Positions 28,670 to 39,329 of a stretch of DNA of 64,000 bases are shown here, piece after piece. Location of the stretch: contig CASEPN010000001.1 in the NCBI GenBank assembly GCA_949289845.1, forward strand, positions 528,316-592,315. The letters run 5' to 3'. The notes under the pieces were generated by a model that was not told the DNA's origin, ran no database searches, and saw only the letters and a program-made list of their open reading frames with translations. The translations under genes and the position numbers were made by a program. Numbering within the stretch: the first letter of the stretch is position 1; each line of letters begins with the position of its first letter. Origin of the DNA: an uncultured Bacillota bacterium (GTDB lineage: Bacteria; Bacillota_I; Bacilli_A; RFN20; CAG-826).

Positions 28670-29614
28670 CTAGTCGAGAAGCGCGGCCACGGGCTTCACC
28701 TTGAGGCGGACGTAGGAGCGCTCCCCGATTCCTTCCTGGAGGCACTCCATGAGCCTTTCCCCCTGCCTCGCCCCGTACTGGATGCGGCCGTATTCCTGGG
28801 CGATCGGGCGGTAGTCGTCCCTCGAGGTCAGGACGGTCGCCTTGTGCGCGCGGAGCCTTCCCTCCAATAAGGGAAGGAGAACCTGGTCGCGGATCCTCGC
28901 GGTCATGTAGCCGGAGCCGAAGTCGTCGAGGACGAGGAGGTCGACGTCCTGGAGCTCCCCCATCCTTTCCTGGAAGGCGAGGGGGTTCTTGTAGTCGCTG
29001 GAGAGCTTGGCGATCTCCTCGAGCCTTCTTCCGCAGTCGAGGAAGGCGATGCCGCTGAAGGACTTCGCCTGGGACATCGCAAGGGAGGCGGCAAGGAAGC
29101 TCTTGCCCACCCCTTGGGGACCCTGGATATAGAAGATCGGCTTCTCCCCCTTCCCCTTCTTCATCTCCTGGACATATACCGCGCCGAGATTCCCGGCCCT
29201 GGGAAGGCGCCTTTCGGGAGGGATTTCCAGCCATTCCTGCGGGAAATCGCGGAAAAGGAAGGCGTTCTGCATGATTTCCCGGCTTCTTCGAAGGTCACAA
29301 AGCCCAAGGGCGACTCCGAGGGCGCCGTCCTCCTCGACCCGGAGGGAGTAGCGGCAGTGCCTCACCGAGGCGGGGCATTCCTTCAGCCCGGGACACCCCG
29401 CGCATATCTCGAGCGACTCCTGGTAGGCGGAAAGGGCGACGAGCCAGTCCCCCGCATCCTCGTCCTTGAAGCCAAGGCGGCGGTACTCCTCCATGACCTT
29501 TTGGTCCCCTAGGATCGAGGAAAGGAGGGCATTCTTCTCCCCGCCTCTCCCCTTGAGGGATCCGGACACCTCCTCAAGGAGCTCCTTCAGGTCCTTCTGC
29601 TGTCCTTCTCTCAT
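28670..29614 (-). CDS. dnaI: Primosomal helicase loader DnaI
   Basis: The N-terminal zinc-binding region (CAGCPGLKEC...HC) and the AAA+ Walker A motif (GPQGVGKSFLAASLA) match the DnaC/DnaI family. Confidence 0.8.
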   Translation of the reverse strand: MREGQQKDLKELLEEVSGSLKGRGGEKNALLSSILGDQKVMEEYRRLGFKDEDAGDWLVALSAYQESLEICAGCPGLKECPASVRHCRYSLRVEEDGALGVALGLCDLRRSREIMQNAFLFRDFPQEWLEIPPERRLPRAGNLGAVYVQEMKKGKGEKPIFYIQGPQGVGKSFLAASLAMSQAKSFSGIAFLDCGRRLEEIAKLSSDYKNPLAFQERMGELQDVDLLVLDDFGSGYMTARIRDQVLLPLLEGRLRAHKATVLTSRDDYRPIAQEYGRIQYGARQGERLMECLQEGIGERSYVRLKVKPVAALLD

Positions 29615-30849
29615 TCTTTCATCCCCAGGAGGTGCATCAGCTCCTCGTCGGACATCTCCGCCTCTTCTTCGCGAGGAGCTTCTTCCTTGGAGGGCGCCTC
29701 CTCCTTCGATTCTTCCTGCCCTCTTGCGGGCCTGGCCTTCCTCCCGCTTCCCTTGGAGGCGTTCAAGAAGTCGATCGCGTCCATCGCGGTCTCGATATGG
29801 TTCCGGAGGAGAGTGCCGGCGATCTTTTCCGCGAGGGGAGCGGATATCTTCCCCTCGTAATGGAGGACGAGGTAGTTCACGAGGGCGTTTATCACGGGGA
29901 AGGGCAGCCCCATCTCCCGCGAGATCCTGTCGACGAGGCGGACGTCCGCGGAGGCGGGCCTCGTCCCGCCCTGGAGGCGGGAGAGGTAGTCCACGGGCGA
30001 GAGGGACTCCATCGCCCGGAGCTCCTCGGCGACGTCCCCCTTCCCGGGGATGGCGCGCCTCTCGCGCCTCCTTCTCCCCTCGGCGAGGAAGGAACGTTCC
30101 TCGAGGGCGAGGTCCCCGAGCCTCTTGAAGTCGATCTTCCTCCCCTTGGGATTCCGAAGAATCGTCGCGGAAGGAAGGAGGCGTGCGAGCGTCTCCTCGT
30201 CGAGGGCGTAGAGCGCCATCGTGCGGCCGAGGTTCTTCCTCTCCTCCTCGGAGAAAAGGGAGGGGTCGCTCTCGGGAAGGCTTTCCTTGAGGGCGGAGAA
30301 GAAGCGGGGCTCGTCGAAGGGAGCCCTCACGTGAGGGCGGTCGCTCGGGATGTCTCCGAGCGAGGGGTCGTAGGAAAGGGGCGCGTCCTTGAGGAAGGCG
30401 GCCCTGTAGTCCTCGCTAATCTCCCTCATCCCTTCCTCGAGGGAAGGCGGGAGGAAGTGGTCGCGGGCCTTCCTCGCCCTCTCCTTCCCTCCGGAAAGGA
30501 CGAGGTTCCCTCCGAGTATCGGGTTCTTCAGGAAGTCCCTCGGGGAGGAGGGAGGGAAAAGACGGATCTCAAATAACGAGCCCTTCTGGTAGGTCCTGAC
30601 GAGGCTCAGCCCCTCCAGGGGCGAGAGGAGGGAGAGGAACTCCCCCCGGGAGGCGCCTAGCTCCTTGAGAAGAGAGGAAAGGGGCATCTCCTCCTCGAGG
30701 GAGGAAAGCCCGTTCAGGGAAAGGTAGAGCCCCAGCCCCTTGTAGCCGAGGATCGGAAGGTAGAGGAGGGAAAGGCTCTCCACGTCCAGGGCGTGGAGGG
30801 GGCGGGCCCTCTTGATCCGGAAGGAAGCGTCAGGCGGGAGCTCGTGCAT
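29611..30849 (-). CDS. dnaB: DnaD-domain replication initiation / membrane attachment protein (Bacillus DnaB-like)
   Basis: A 412-aa protein directly upstream of dnaI and overlapping it, as in the Bacillus dnaB-dnaI operon. The ATG is at 30849. Confidence 0.6.
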   Translation of the reverse strand: MHELPPDASFRIKRARPLHALDVESLSLLYLPILGYKGLGLYLSLNGLSSLEEEMPLSSLLKELGASRGEFLSLLSPLEGLSLVRTYQKGSLFEIRLFPPSSPRDFLKNPILGGNLVLSGGKERARKARDHFLPPSLEEGMREISEDYRAAFLKDAPLSYDPSLGDIPSDRPHVRAPFDEPRFFSALKESLPESDPSLFSEEERKNLGRTMALYALDEETLARLLPSATILRNPKGRKIDFKRLGDLALEERSFLAEGRRRRERRAIPGKGDVAEELRAMESLSPVDYLSRLQGGTRPASADVRLVDRISREMGLPFPVINALVNYLVLHYEGKISAPLAEKIAGTLLRNHIETAMDAIDFLNASKGSGRKARPARGQEESKEEAPSKEEAPREEEAEMSDEELMHLLGMKE

Positions 30850-30912
30850 GGCCTAATGATACTCCCTAAGGGCGAGGTCTCCCTCCCCATTCTTCCCCCG
30901 CGCGCCTTATAA

Positions 30913-31908
<996 letters not shown>

Positions 31909-31923
31909 CAAGGAGGTAACTGG

Positions 31924-33381
31924 ATGCGCCTGGACATCAGCAAGAAGACGAAGGTCATCTGCACCATCGGCCCCGCCAGCGAGACCCCGGAGATGGTCCT
32001 CAAGCTCTACGAGGAGGGCATGAACGTCATGCGGCTGAACTTCAGCCACGGGACGCACGAGCAGCAGAGGAAGAAGCTCCTCATCGCCCGCTCCTTCGAG
32101 GAGAAGTACGGGATCCTCCTCCCCGTCGCCCTCGACACCAAGGGCCCGGAAATCCGGACCGGGATGATGGAGGGGGGCAAGGTCGACGTCCCCGAGGGCC
32201 ACGAGATGCGGATCTCGATGGAGCCCTGCCTTGGGAACTCCGAGCGCTTCTCCTGCAGCTACAAGGGCCTTTACGACGACGTCAAGGTCGGGGACTACGT
32301 CCTTGTGGACGATGGGAACCTCCAGCTCGACATCATCGGGAAGGACGAGGCGAGGAGGGAGCTCCTCGTGAAGGCGCATAACGCCCACTACCTGAAGGAC
32401 CAGAAGGGGATGAACGCCCCCTGCTCGCGCCTCTCGATGCCCTTCATCTCCGAGCAGGACGAGAAGGATCTGAGGTTCGCCTGCGAGGAGGACTTCGACT
32501 GCGTCTTCGCCTCCTTCGTGAGAAGGCCCGAGGACATCCAGGAGATGCGGGCGATCCTTGCAAAATACGGCCGTCCCGACATGCCCATCTTCGCCAAGAT
32601 TGAGAACCCCGAGGGGGTCGAGAAGATCGAGAGGATCTGCGAGGTCGCCGACGGCATCATGGTGGCCAGGGGCGACCTCGGGGACGAGATCCCGCCGGAA
32701 GAGGTCCCACTCGTCCAGCGCCGGATCATCGCCCTTTGCCGGAAGCTCGGGAAGCCCGTCATCACGGCGACCCAGATGCTGGACTCGATGACCACGCACC
32801 CCCGTCCCACGAGGGCGGAGGTCTCCGACGTCGCCACCGCGATCGACGAGAGCAGCGACTGCGTGATGCTCTCGGGCGAGAGCGCCTCCGGGAAGTACCC
32901 GGTGGAGTCGGTGCGGATGCAAGCCTCGATCGCGAGGGCCATGGAGCGGGAGCTCCCCTACGCGGAGCTCGCGCGGGAGGCCTTCGAGACCTCCGAGCAC
33001 ACGGTGAACGACGCGATCGCCAACTCGATCGCGACGACCGCCCTCCTCATCGGGGCCAAGCTCATCGTCAACTTCACGATCCGCGGGAACAGCACGAGGA
33101 GGATCAGCAAGGCCAGGCCCTGCTGCCCTGTCATCTCGGTCACCAACAACCGGAGGACCGCCCTCCAGACAGGCTGGGCGTGGGGCGCCTACTCGGTGCT
33201 CCTCAAGACCCCGATGCCGGACTTCATCGAGGAGATGGAGGTGCTCGCGCTCAAGATCGCGCGGGACCTCGGGATCAAGGACAACTCCCCCATCATCATC
33301 GCCGGGGGCACGCCGGTGGGGGTCGGGCGCACGAACTTCATGCGCATCCTGAACGTGAGCCCCCTGAAGGAGCTGGACTAA
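31924..33381 (+). CDS. pyk: Pyruvate kinase
   Basis: The motifs KVICTIGPAS and MVARGDLG match the pyruvate kinase barrel domain, and the C-terminal domain is present. Confidence 0.9.
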   Translation: MRLDISKKTKVICTIGPASETPEMVLKLYEEGMNVMRLNFSHGTHEQQRKKLLIARSFEEKYGILLPVALDTKGPEIRTGMMEGGKVDVPEGHEMRISMEPCLGNSERFSCSYKGLYDDVKVGDYVLVDDGNLQLDIIGKDEARRELLVKAHNAHYLKDQKGMNAPCSRLSMPFISEQDEKDLRFACEEDFDCVFASFVRRPEDIQEMRAILAKYGRPDMPIFAKIENPEGVEKIERICEVADGIMVARGDLGDEIPPEEVPLVQRRIIALCRKLGKPVITATQMLDSMTTHPRPTRAEVSDVATAIDESSDCVMLSGESASGKYPVESVRMQASIARAMERELPYAELAREAFETSEHTVNDAIANSIATTALLIGAKLIVNFTIRGNSTRRISKARPCCPVISVTNNRRTALQTGWAWGAYSVLLKTPMPDFIEEMEVLALKIARDLGIKDNSPIIIAGGTPVGVGRTNFMRILNVSPLKELD

Positions 33382-34220
33382 TGGGAAGGAAGGTAGCCGC
33401 CCTCGACATCGGGGGCACGAACACGAGGGTCGCCCTCGTGAACGATAAGTTCGAGATCGAGAAGGTGCTCATCCGCCCAACCGTCGTCGGGAACACCGAG
33501 CTCTTCCTCAAGAACGTCGGGGACACGATCGAGGAAGCGCTCCCTTCCCTGGAGGAGGTGGGCTGCTTCGCGATGGGGGTCCCGGGAAGGGTGCGCTACG
33601 ACGGCTACATCTACGCCCTCCCCAACGTCCACATCGAGAACGTCCCCCTCGCCGAGTACCTCCAGGAACGGTTCGGGAGGCCCGCCTACGTCATCAACGA
33701 CGCCGAGGCGGCGGCCCTCGCCGAGGCGAACATCGGGGCGCATAAGGACGAGCCCTCCCTCTATTTCGTCACCATCTCCACCGGGGTCGGGGGCGCCTTG
33801 ACCGTCGGAGGAAAGCTCAAGAGCACCTCCTACGAGGTCGGGCACACGATGATGAGCTACCGCGGGGAATGCCACGAGTTCGAGCACATGTGCTCGGGGA
33901 CGGGGATCGTGCGCCTGGCGGCGATGAACGGGCTCAACGTCCAGAGCTCCCGCGAGTTCTTCGAGCTCAAGAAGAACGGCCACGAGCTCGCCGAGCGGGT
34001 GTACCGGGACTGGCTCCGCCTCTTCGCCGACTGGTTCCGGATGCTCGAGGAAACCTTCTCCCCCGGGCTCTTCGCCCTCACCGGAGGGGTGATGAAGTCC
34101 CAGGACCTCTTCCTCGAGGACATGAAGGCCGCCGTCCCGGGGATAAGGATCGAGCCTTGCGCGCTCGGGCAGGAAGCGGGGCTATTGGGCGCCGCCGTCT
34201 ACGGGTTCCAGAACATCTAG
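33381..34220 (+). CDS. glcK: ROK-family glucokinase
   Basis: The product starts MGRKVAALDIGGTNTRVALV and has the VINDAEAAALAE and CSGTGI motifs. The ATG overlaps the pyk stop (TAATG). The longer track ORF 32736..34220 is a wrong-frame artefact. Confidence 0.8.
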   Translation: MGRKVAALDIGGTNTRVALVNDKFEIEKVLIRPTVVGNTELFLKNVGDTIEEALPSLEEVGCFAMGVPGRVRYDGYIYALPNVHIENVPLAEYLQERFGRPAYVINDAEAAALAEANIGAHKDEPSLYFVTISTGVGGALTVGGKLKSTSYEVGHTMMSYRGECHEFEHMCSGTGIVRLAAMNGLNVQSSREFFELKKNGHELAERVYRDWLRLFADWFRMLEETFSPGLFALTGGVMKSQDLFLEDMKAAVPGIRIEPCALGQEAGLLGAAVYGFQNI

Positions 34221-34435
34221 AAGACAATTCCGATAGGAAGGCCGTCCTGCTGGGCGGCCTTCCGCATCGCCTCCTCGACCCTCTATCGCTTCCTTGAGCA
34301 GTTCGCTAAATCCTCCATGTAGGGCTCCTTTCAGATTTGCTAGCAGACAAATCCTACTAGGGCCCTGCTTTTTCATGCAGTCCTTGGAGGGCGGAGACCG
34401 CTACGGCGTCTGCGCAAGATTCTGGTTTCTCCTAT

Positions 34436-36223
34436 GTGTTGCGCTTAGGTCATACTCTTGCGATTATTAATTATGGAAAACCTATTCGCTATCTTGGCAA
34501 TCTGCCTTACGCCGCAGGCGGGTCACCCGCGTTCTCTTCTCGCGTAGTTCTCCTCCCTGAGGCTTCTTCCGCTCCAACCGAAAACTTAGAAACAATGCTG
34601 CCCGCGGACACGGATGATCTTGAATCCAGCGGACTCACGGCATCCGTCGATGTTGAAAGCATACCTTCAGATGCCGCGCAATATGCACTCACGCATAAAA
34701 ATGACACTTATATCTATTTCTCGAACCTCTCTGAAAATATGCCGACGAACCGGGCAGGAACTTGCGGCCATGTCGCTCTGGCGATGATGCTCACATACCT
34801 AGACACCTTTTGGAACGACTTCTTCGTCGAAGAGCGGTTCGAAGCGCATTCCTCCCTGGAGATACCCGACATCCTCTGGACAATTACACCTCAGATGGAA
34901 TTCCGGTCTGGCGGCACCCCGTCTCCCGGATGCTTCGACGACATCGACAATACTTATCTCACGCAGGGGGAAATCGAGGAAGAAGCCGCGGCCCTTGCGC
35001 AATCCTCAGGTATGTCAGTGTCCTATCATATCGATGAAATCTGTCTAGAGGAGGCGAAGAGAAGCGCCCAGGAGGGAAGCCTCCAAGGATATCTGTTCCA
35101 AACCGCCATTGAGAACGGAGTGGTGAGCTCCTCCTACCGGGATGGCTATATGCCTTGGCTTTCCATTGGCGCGGGAGAACAGGCGGCGCTTCTCAACTTG
35201 ATACTGGAACGAAACGGGCTTTCTGAGCAATGGACCGTAATACATCCTGGCAGGCCTACGATGGCTGTAGAGGTGGAAGGTCGACTGGAAAATCGCTTGG
35301 TTGTAGAATCAATGCAAGAGTACAGGGAAGAAGTTGCGTCCCTCCTTTCTGCCGGTTTCCCCGTAATTGTTCAGGGATACAACTGGTCTCAGACGGATAT
35401 TTCCAATATTCATCAGGGCACAATCAATCCCTCAAGTTTCACCCCGTACCATTCTGCTGTTGCCTATGGTTTCGATTCCGAGGAAAGCATGATTGGGAAC
35501 ATGGGATGGAAAGGATCCCAAAGGGAAAGTAATTTTGACGAATGGTTCAACCTAGGCTTCGACGACTACGTTGCCATCATGCCGAAGGAAGGATGGGAAC
35601 ACATCCATAGCGATAACTACAGAGTGGATGACGACGATTTGGACCAAGTAGTGTCGTGGTGCCCCTGCGACACCGAGATGATAGTCCGCGAGGAAAGTGT
35701 TCCTGATCTCGAATTGATTGACCTCGAGGTAGGAGACAATTGGTACGGATTTGACATAGACGGGAACTTTACCTGCAAATTCGATGGAACAGGCTGGGGC
35801 ATCAAAGACGGGGGAGTTATTGTCTCGCCTGTGAAAACAAGCGAGTCCTCTATGACAAGAGTATCCGATTTTATGTTCTGCGTTGAAGAAAATGCTTATC
35901 GCATTGACTTGCTTGGGCAGATAGATTTCTTCTTGTATGACGACGTTGTGATCACTGGCATATTCGGCGCAGCCCCAGTTAACTCTGATGACGAAATTCA
36001 AGGTTTCCCATATTCAATAAGTTCCTCCAGCATCTTGACCGATCGATGGGGCGATGTAGCAAGGGATGGCTGGGATACAGGACTCTCACTCACCGCGACC
36101 AACGAAAGCCAAGGCCCTTTCGGAATCATGCTGGAAGCGGCACTTATCATGTTTCCAGCCATCCCTGTAGAACCCGTTCAAATTGCCATTGACTCCTTCA
36201 AGGTTATGGAGATCGCTCCATGA
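34436..36223 (+). CDS. Putative papain-like cysteine peptidase-like protein (Cys-His pair) in a lower-GC island; start uncertain
   Basis: The NRAGTCGHVALAMMLTYLD motif (candidate catalytic Cys) and the downstream YHSAVAYGFD motif (candidate His) resemble C39/C1-like thiol peptidases. GC is ~50%. The track start is TTG. No convincing RBS or signal peptide was found in frame. Confidence 0.4.
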   Translation: MLRLGHTLAIINYGKPIRYLGNLPYAAGGSPAFSSRVVLLPEASSAPTENLETMLPADTDDLESSGLTASVDVESIPSDAAQYALTHKNDTYIYFSNLSENMPTNRAGTCGHVALAMMLTYLDTFWNDFFVEERFEAHSSLEIPDILWTITPQMEFRSGGTPSPGCFDDIDNTYLTQGEIEEEAAALAQSSGMSVSYHIDEICLEEAKRSAQEGSLQGYLFQTAIENGVVSSSYRDGYMPWLSIGAGEQAALLNLILERNGLSEQWTVIHPGRPTMAVEVEGRLENRLVVESMQEYREEVASLLSAGFPVIVQGYNWSQTDISNIHQGTINPSSFTPYHSAVAYGFDSEESMIGNMGWKGSQRESNFDEWFNLGFDDYVAIMPKEGWEHIHSDNYRVDDDDLDQVVSWCPCDTEMIVREESVPDLELIDLEVGDNWYGFDIDGNFTCKFDGTGWGIKDGGVIVSPVKTSESSMTRVSDFMFCVEENAYRIDLLGQIDFFLYDDVVITGIFGAAPVNSDDEIQGFPYSISSSSILTDRWGDVARDGWDTGLSLTATNESQGPFGIMLEAALIMFPAIPVEPVQIAIDSFKVMEIAP

Positions 36224-36678
36224 AATGGCTTGCGCTCGCTTGCGCGCTTCTCCCCCTTGCGGGAGGATCGCTTGCCTCCTGCGCCTCCGAGGAGGTCAAA
36301 ATCACCTTTGTGCTGACCACGCTTATCAACCTGGGCGGCGCGAATCCATACCCGTATCTTGCCGGCGATCTCCATCGCGTGGATATGACCTTCCCTAAGG
36401 GATTCGTCCCCTCTGCGGAAGATAGCTACAACATAGGAAGGGAACTAACCGACGGCACGCCCCTTGACCTCTACCCCGAGGATCTCTGCCCCTGGTACAC
36501 GGCAGGGGCAGGCACAGTTGACCAAATCAACTACTCCCGTTACCTTACGGAATCCTTTTTCGGAACCCCCATCGAGGAAGAAAGGGAGTGCTACTACACA
36601 TTGACTTGGAACTGCTGGATGGTCGGTCCTCCCGATGGCTGGGAGGGAGATTGGCCTCCCCCCAGCTCTTCTTCCTAG
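36220..36678 (+). CDS. Lipoprotein, copy 1 of a duplicated pair
   Basis: A signal peptide with lipobox (MKWLALACALLPLAGGSLASC). The conserved core reads CPWYTAG...SRYL...GTPIEEERECYY...WNCW.GPP.GWEGDWPP. The ATG overlaps the stop of the upstream gene. Confidence 0.6.
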   Translation: MKWLALACALLPLAGGSLASCASEEVKITFVLTTLINLGGANPYPYLAGDLHRVDMTFPKGFVPSAEDSYNIGRELTDGTPLDLYPEDLCPWYTAGAGTVDQINYSRYLTESFFGTPIEEERECYYTLTWNCWMVGPPDGWEGDWPPPSSSS

Positions 36679-36699
36679 GCTGCCGTCTGAGCGGTAACG

Positions 36700-37114
36700 G
36701 AAATCGCATGGGAACAAGCCATCTTTGGCTATCAGCGGCATGACGGATATGCATCCTAAGCGTTTTTGGACCTCCATAAGGCGCATCTCAAGCTCTCAGA
36801 ATCCGCTGTTTGATTGCGGGAAAAGCGAACATTTGAAATCATTAGGCATGGAGACGCCGCTTAGTGTCTTAGCGATCTGCCTTTCCGCCCAGGGCAAGCC
36901 GGACCTCAAATTGCCATGGCAAACCCTTGCCAATGGGTTGGGAGAGATTGCTGAGGATGGCTTGGAAGCCAGGTACTCAGACGGTTCGGGCAATAGGGAA
37001 GGCGATCCATTTGGGGTCCGCCCTTTCCTAGGTTCGCCCATGTCCACTGCCATGACGTCCAGTCCAATCGTAATCGCAGTGGATTCATCCAGAATGACGG
37101 AGGTTCCGTTATGA
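36700..37114 (+). pseudogene. Degenerate fragment homologous to the 3' end of the peptidase-like gene (part of a tandem duplication)
   Basis: The translation ...GDPFGVRPFLGSPMSTAMTSSPIVIAVDSSRMTEVPL aligns with the C-terminus of the 34436..36223 product (QGPFGIMLEAALIMFPAIPVEPVQIAIDSFKVMEIAP). It ends with the same 4-nt overlap onto the next lipoprotein start. Confidence 0.35.
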
Positions 37115-37587
37115 AAGCCAAGCGCCTTCCCCTCGCCTGCCTTCCCCTCCTTTGCTGTCCCTTGGCCGGATGCGCCCCGGAAGAGGCGGACGACGGGATG
37201 GCGACGATCACCTTCGTCCTAACAGTACATGCGACTTTGGAAGGCGAGTTCCAACCCTACGACTACCTGGCGGGCGACCTCTTCCGCACGGAAACGGATT
37301 TCCAAAAGGGGTACGTCCCGAGCAAGGACGATGAAAAGGCCATCGGCGAGACGCTTGCCTCCCGGACACCTTATGGGCTCTACCCGGAGAACGTCTGCCC
37401 TTGGTATACCGCCGGAGACCCCTCCTTCGGCGCGATGAGCTACTCCCGGTACCTCGATGAACCCTTTGTAGGAACACCGATTGAGGAAGACAGGGAGTGC
37501 TATTACTTGGTGCTCTGGTACTGTTGGCTGGCGGGGCCGCCAGAGGGCTGGGAAGGCGACTGGCCTCCGACGAGCTCCTATTCCTAA
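37111..37587 (+). CDS. Lipoprotein, copy 2 of a duplicated pair
   Basis: It has a lipobox (MKAKRLPLACLPLLCCPLAGC). Its core is ~50% identical to copy 1 (CPWYTAG...SRYLDEPFVGTPIEEDRECYY...WYCWLAGPPEGWEGDWPP). Confidence 0.6.
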   Translation: MKAKRLPLACLPLLCCPLAGCAPEEADDGMATITFVLTVHATLEGEFQPYDYLAGDLFRTETDFQKGYVPSKDDEKAIGETLASRTPYGLYPENVCPWYTAGDPSFGAMSYSRYLDEPFVGTPIEEDRECYYLVLWYCWLAGPPEGWEGDWPPTSSYS

Positions 37588-37613
37588 GGGGCCTTTCGAA
37601 CCATCAGCAAGAA

Positions 37614-39020
37614 TCAATCAAGGGCGAACATCGTCTCCAAGTCGACGAGGCGGAGGCGCTCGTCTTTGATTTGCCGTAAACCGTCCGTGAACCCGTTCGC
37701 CCCGAAAAGGAAGACCTCCACGTTCGGGTAATTGGAAAGAGGAGGCACGGAAATGTCCTCGAGAATAGCCTTGTAGTCGCCGATCCCGCGCGGCTGATTC
37801 GAGAACTTGCATTCGGCGACGAGGAGGTTTTCCTGGTCGGAGGCCACCACGTCGAGCTCGATACTTCTTCCCAAGCGGCTCTTATCGATGCGCATGTTCT
37901 CGAAGACGGAGTAGAGGCCCTTCAGCCGGCCTTTCCGCCCGAGATCCTGCAGATAGGTCAGGCACTCCTTCTCGAACAGGCGCTCGAGGAACCCTTTGAC
38001 GGCATCCCTCTGGCGCTTCTCCAGCTCATGGCCGAGCCCGCCTCTGACCAGCTCCACGTTGTTGCGGATGAAGCGATAGAAGAAGGCGAGCATCGGGTCG
38101 AAGATCTCATAGGTCACGTTGCGCCGGGACTGGAACGTGCTCCGGCGTATGAGGACGTTGTCCTCGACCAGCTGGAGGAGGTACTTCGCGACCTTGCTCG
38201 TGCTTTCCTGATAGAAATCGCTGATGGCGGCGACGCTGTCGCGGCCCATGGAAATCGCTTGGACCAAGGAGGCGTAGAACCCGCTCGCGGCAACGTCGCT
38301 CGTGATGACCTTGCCGGGGTCGTCGATGAAAGTGGCCGCGCGGTCGTAGAAAAGCCTCCGGAGGTTCTCCTCGAAGCTTCGTCCCGTGTCCACGAGGGAA
38401 AGGTAGTAGGGAAACGTGTTGGTCAGCGCCAGGAACTTCGCCTTCTCCCAATCGTCCCGCACATCCTTCAAGGCAAGGACGGCGTCTTCGAAATTCAGCT
38501 TCTTGACCTGCATGGAGAAGGTGTTCCGCTGGTAAAGGGGGCCATGGCTGTCCTTGATTTCCCTTTCGATGAAGGAGACGTTGCTCCCCGTCAGGACCAA
38601 GGTGAACCTCTGGTGGCGGAAAGTCCCGTCGATGGCCTTTTGGAGAAAGGAAGGGAAGCTTGTCTTCTTCCTCTTGCCGTCCCGGGATAGGACGATGTTG
38701 GGATATTCGTCGATGATGAGAAGGCCTTTCTCATCGCCGAAGAACTCGCCTGTCGCCTGGAAGAAGCTGTCCCAGCCGGGATAAAGGCCCCCGGGCCTGC
38801 CCATGGCGCGGTTGAGCTCTTCCGAAAAGTAGATGCGGATATCCAGGTCATCGCTATCCGGCGCGAAGAGAAAGAGCGTCTTTTTCCCGTGGGAGAGCAT
38901 CTCCATCAGGGTGGTCTTCCCGATTCTCCTCTGGCCGTAGACGTAGCCGAACTCAAAGCGCGGGCTCTCGTAGATCCTGTTCAGCTCCTCCAGCTCATCT
39001 TTTCTTCCGATCGGCTCCAT
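37614..39020 (-). CDS. AAA+ ATPase of the DUF234 / archaeal-type ATPase family
   Basis: It has a Walker A motif (GQRRIGKTTLM) and a Walker B motif (LLIIDEYPNI). The ATG is at 39020. Confidence 0.7.
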   Translation of the reverse strand: MEPIGRKDELEELNRIYESPRFEFGYVYGQRRIGKTTLMEMLSHGKKTLFLFAPDSDDLDIRIYFSEELNRAMGRPGGLYPGWDSFFQATGEFFGDEKGLLIIDEYPNIVLSRDGKRKKTSFPSFLQKAIDGTFRHQRFTLVLTGSNVSFIEREIKDSHGPLYQRNTFSMQVKKLNFEDAVLALKDVRDDWEKAKFLALTNTFPYYLSLVDTGRSFEENLRRLFYDRAATFIDDPGKVITSDVAASGFYASLVQAISMGRDSVAAISDFYQESTSKVAKYLLQLVEDNVLIRRSTFQSRRNVTYEIFDPMLAFFYRFIRNNVELVRGGLGHELEKRQRDAVKGFLERLFEKECLTYLQDLGRKGRLKGLYSVFENMRIDKSRLGRSIELDVVASDQENLLVAECKFSNQPRGIGDYKAILEDISVPPLSNYPNVEVFLFGANGFTDGLRQIKDERLRLVDLETMFALD

Positions 39021-39050
39021 GGCGGACCTCCTTTCCCTACTGTCCGAGTT

Positions 39051-39167
39051 TAGGCACTACGTCTTCAGGCACTACGTTTTCCCTAAGCATTATACCCAAA
39101 CCGCAGGTGCGAAAAAGAACTACTGCAAAGTTAGGCACTACGTCTTCAGGCACTACGTTTTCCCTAA
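39051..39167. repeat. Two identical 36-bp direct repeats (TAGGCACTACGTCTTCAGGCACTACGTTTTCCCTAA), each containing an internal AGGCACTACGT tandem, in a divergent promoter region
   Basis: The copies lie at ~39051-39086 and ~39132-39167, giving four AGGCACTACGT half-sites in total. They sit between the AAA+ ATPase start (39020, minus strand) and the thrS leader. Confidence 0.6.
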
Positions 39168-39329
39168 ACTCAATGGAAGCGCAAAATACAGATGGCAACA
39201 AAGGAAATCACGCTTCCTCTTGCTTCTCGAGAGGTCATATCGAGAAGGAATTTCTAGTCGCTTAGCAGTAAATCGGAATGGCGTTCCCGACCGATATGAC
39301 GGAAGGCAACCCCAAAGGGATCTGTGAAG

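Noticed and set aside
34483-34557. Signal-peptide-like short ORF (MENLFAILAICLTPQAG...) in an alternative frame upstream of the peptidase-like gene, as a second frameshifted-signal-peptide case
   Set aside because: It has no basic n-region, no clean repeat tract at the putative junction and no RBS. T-rich low-GC sequence gives hydrophobic ORFs by chance.
39051-39167. Possible CRISPR array
   Set aside because: There are only two repeat copies, the spacing is irregular, there are no cas genes, and the repeats are internally tandem. It was reported instead as a promoter-region direct repeat.
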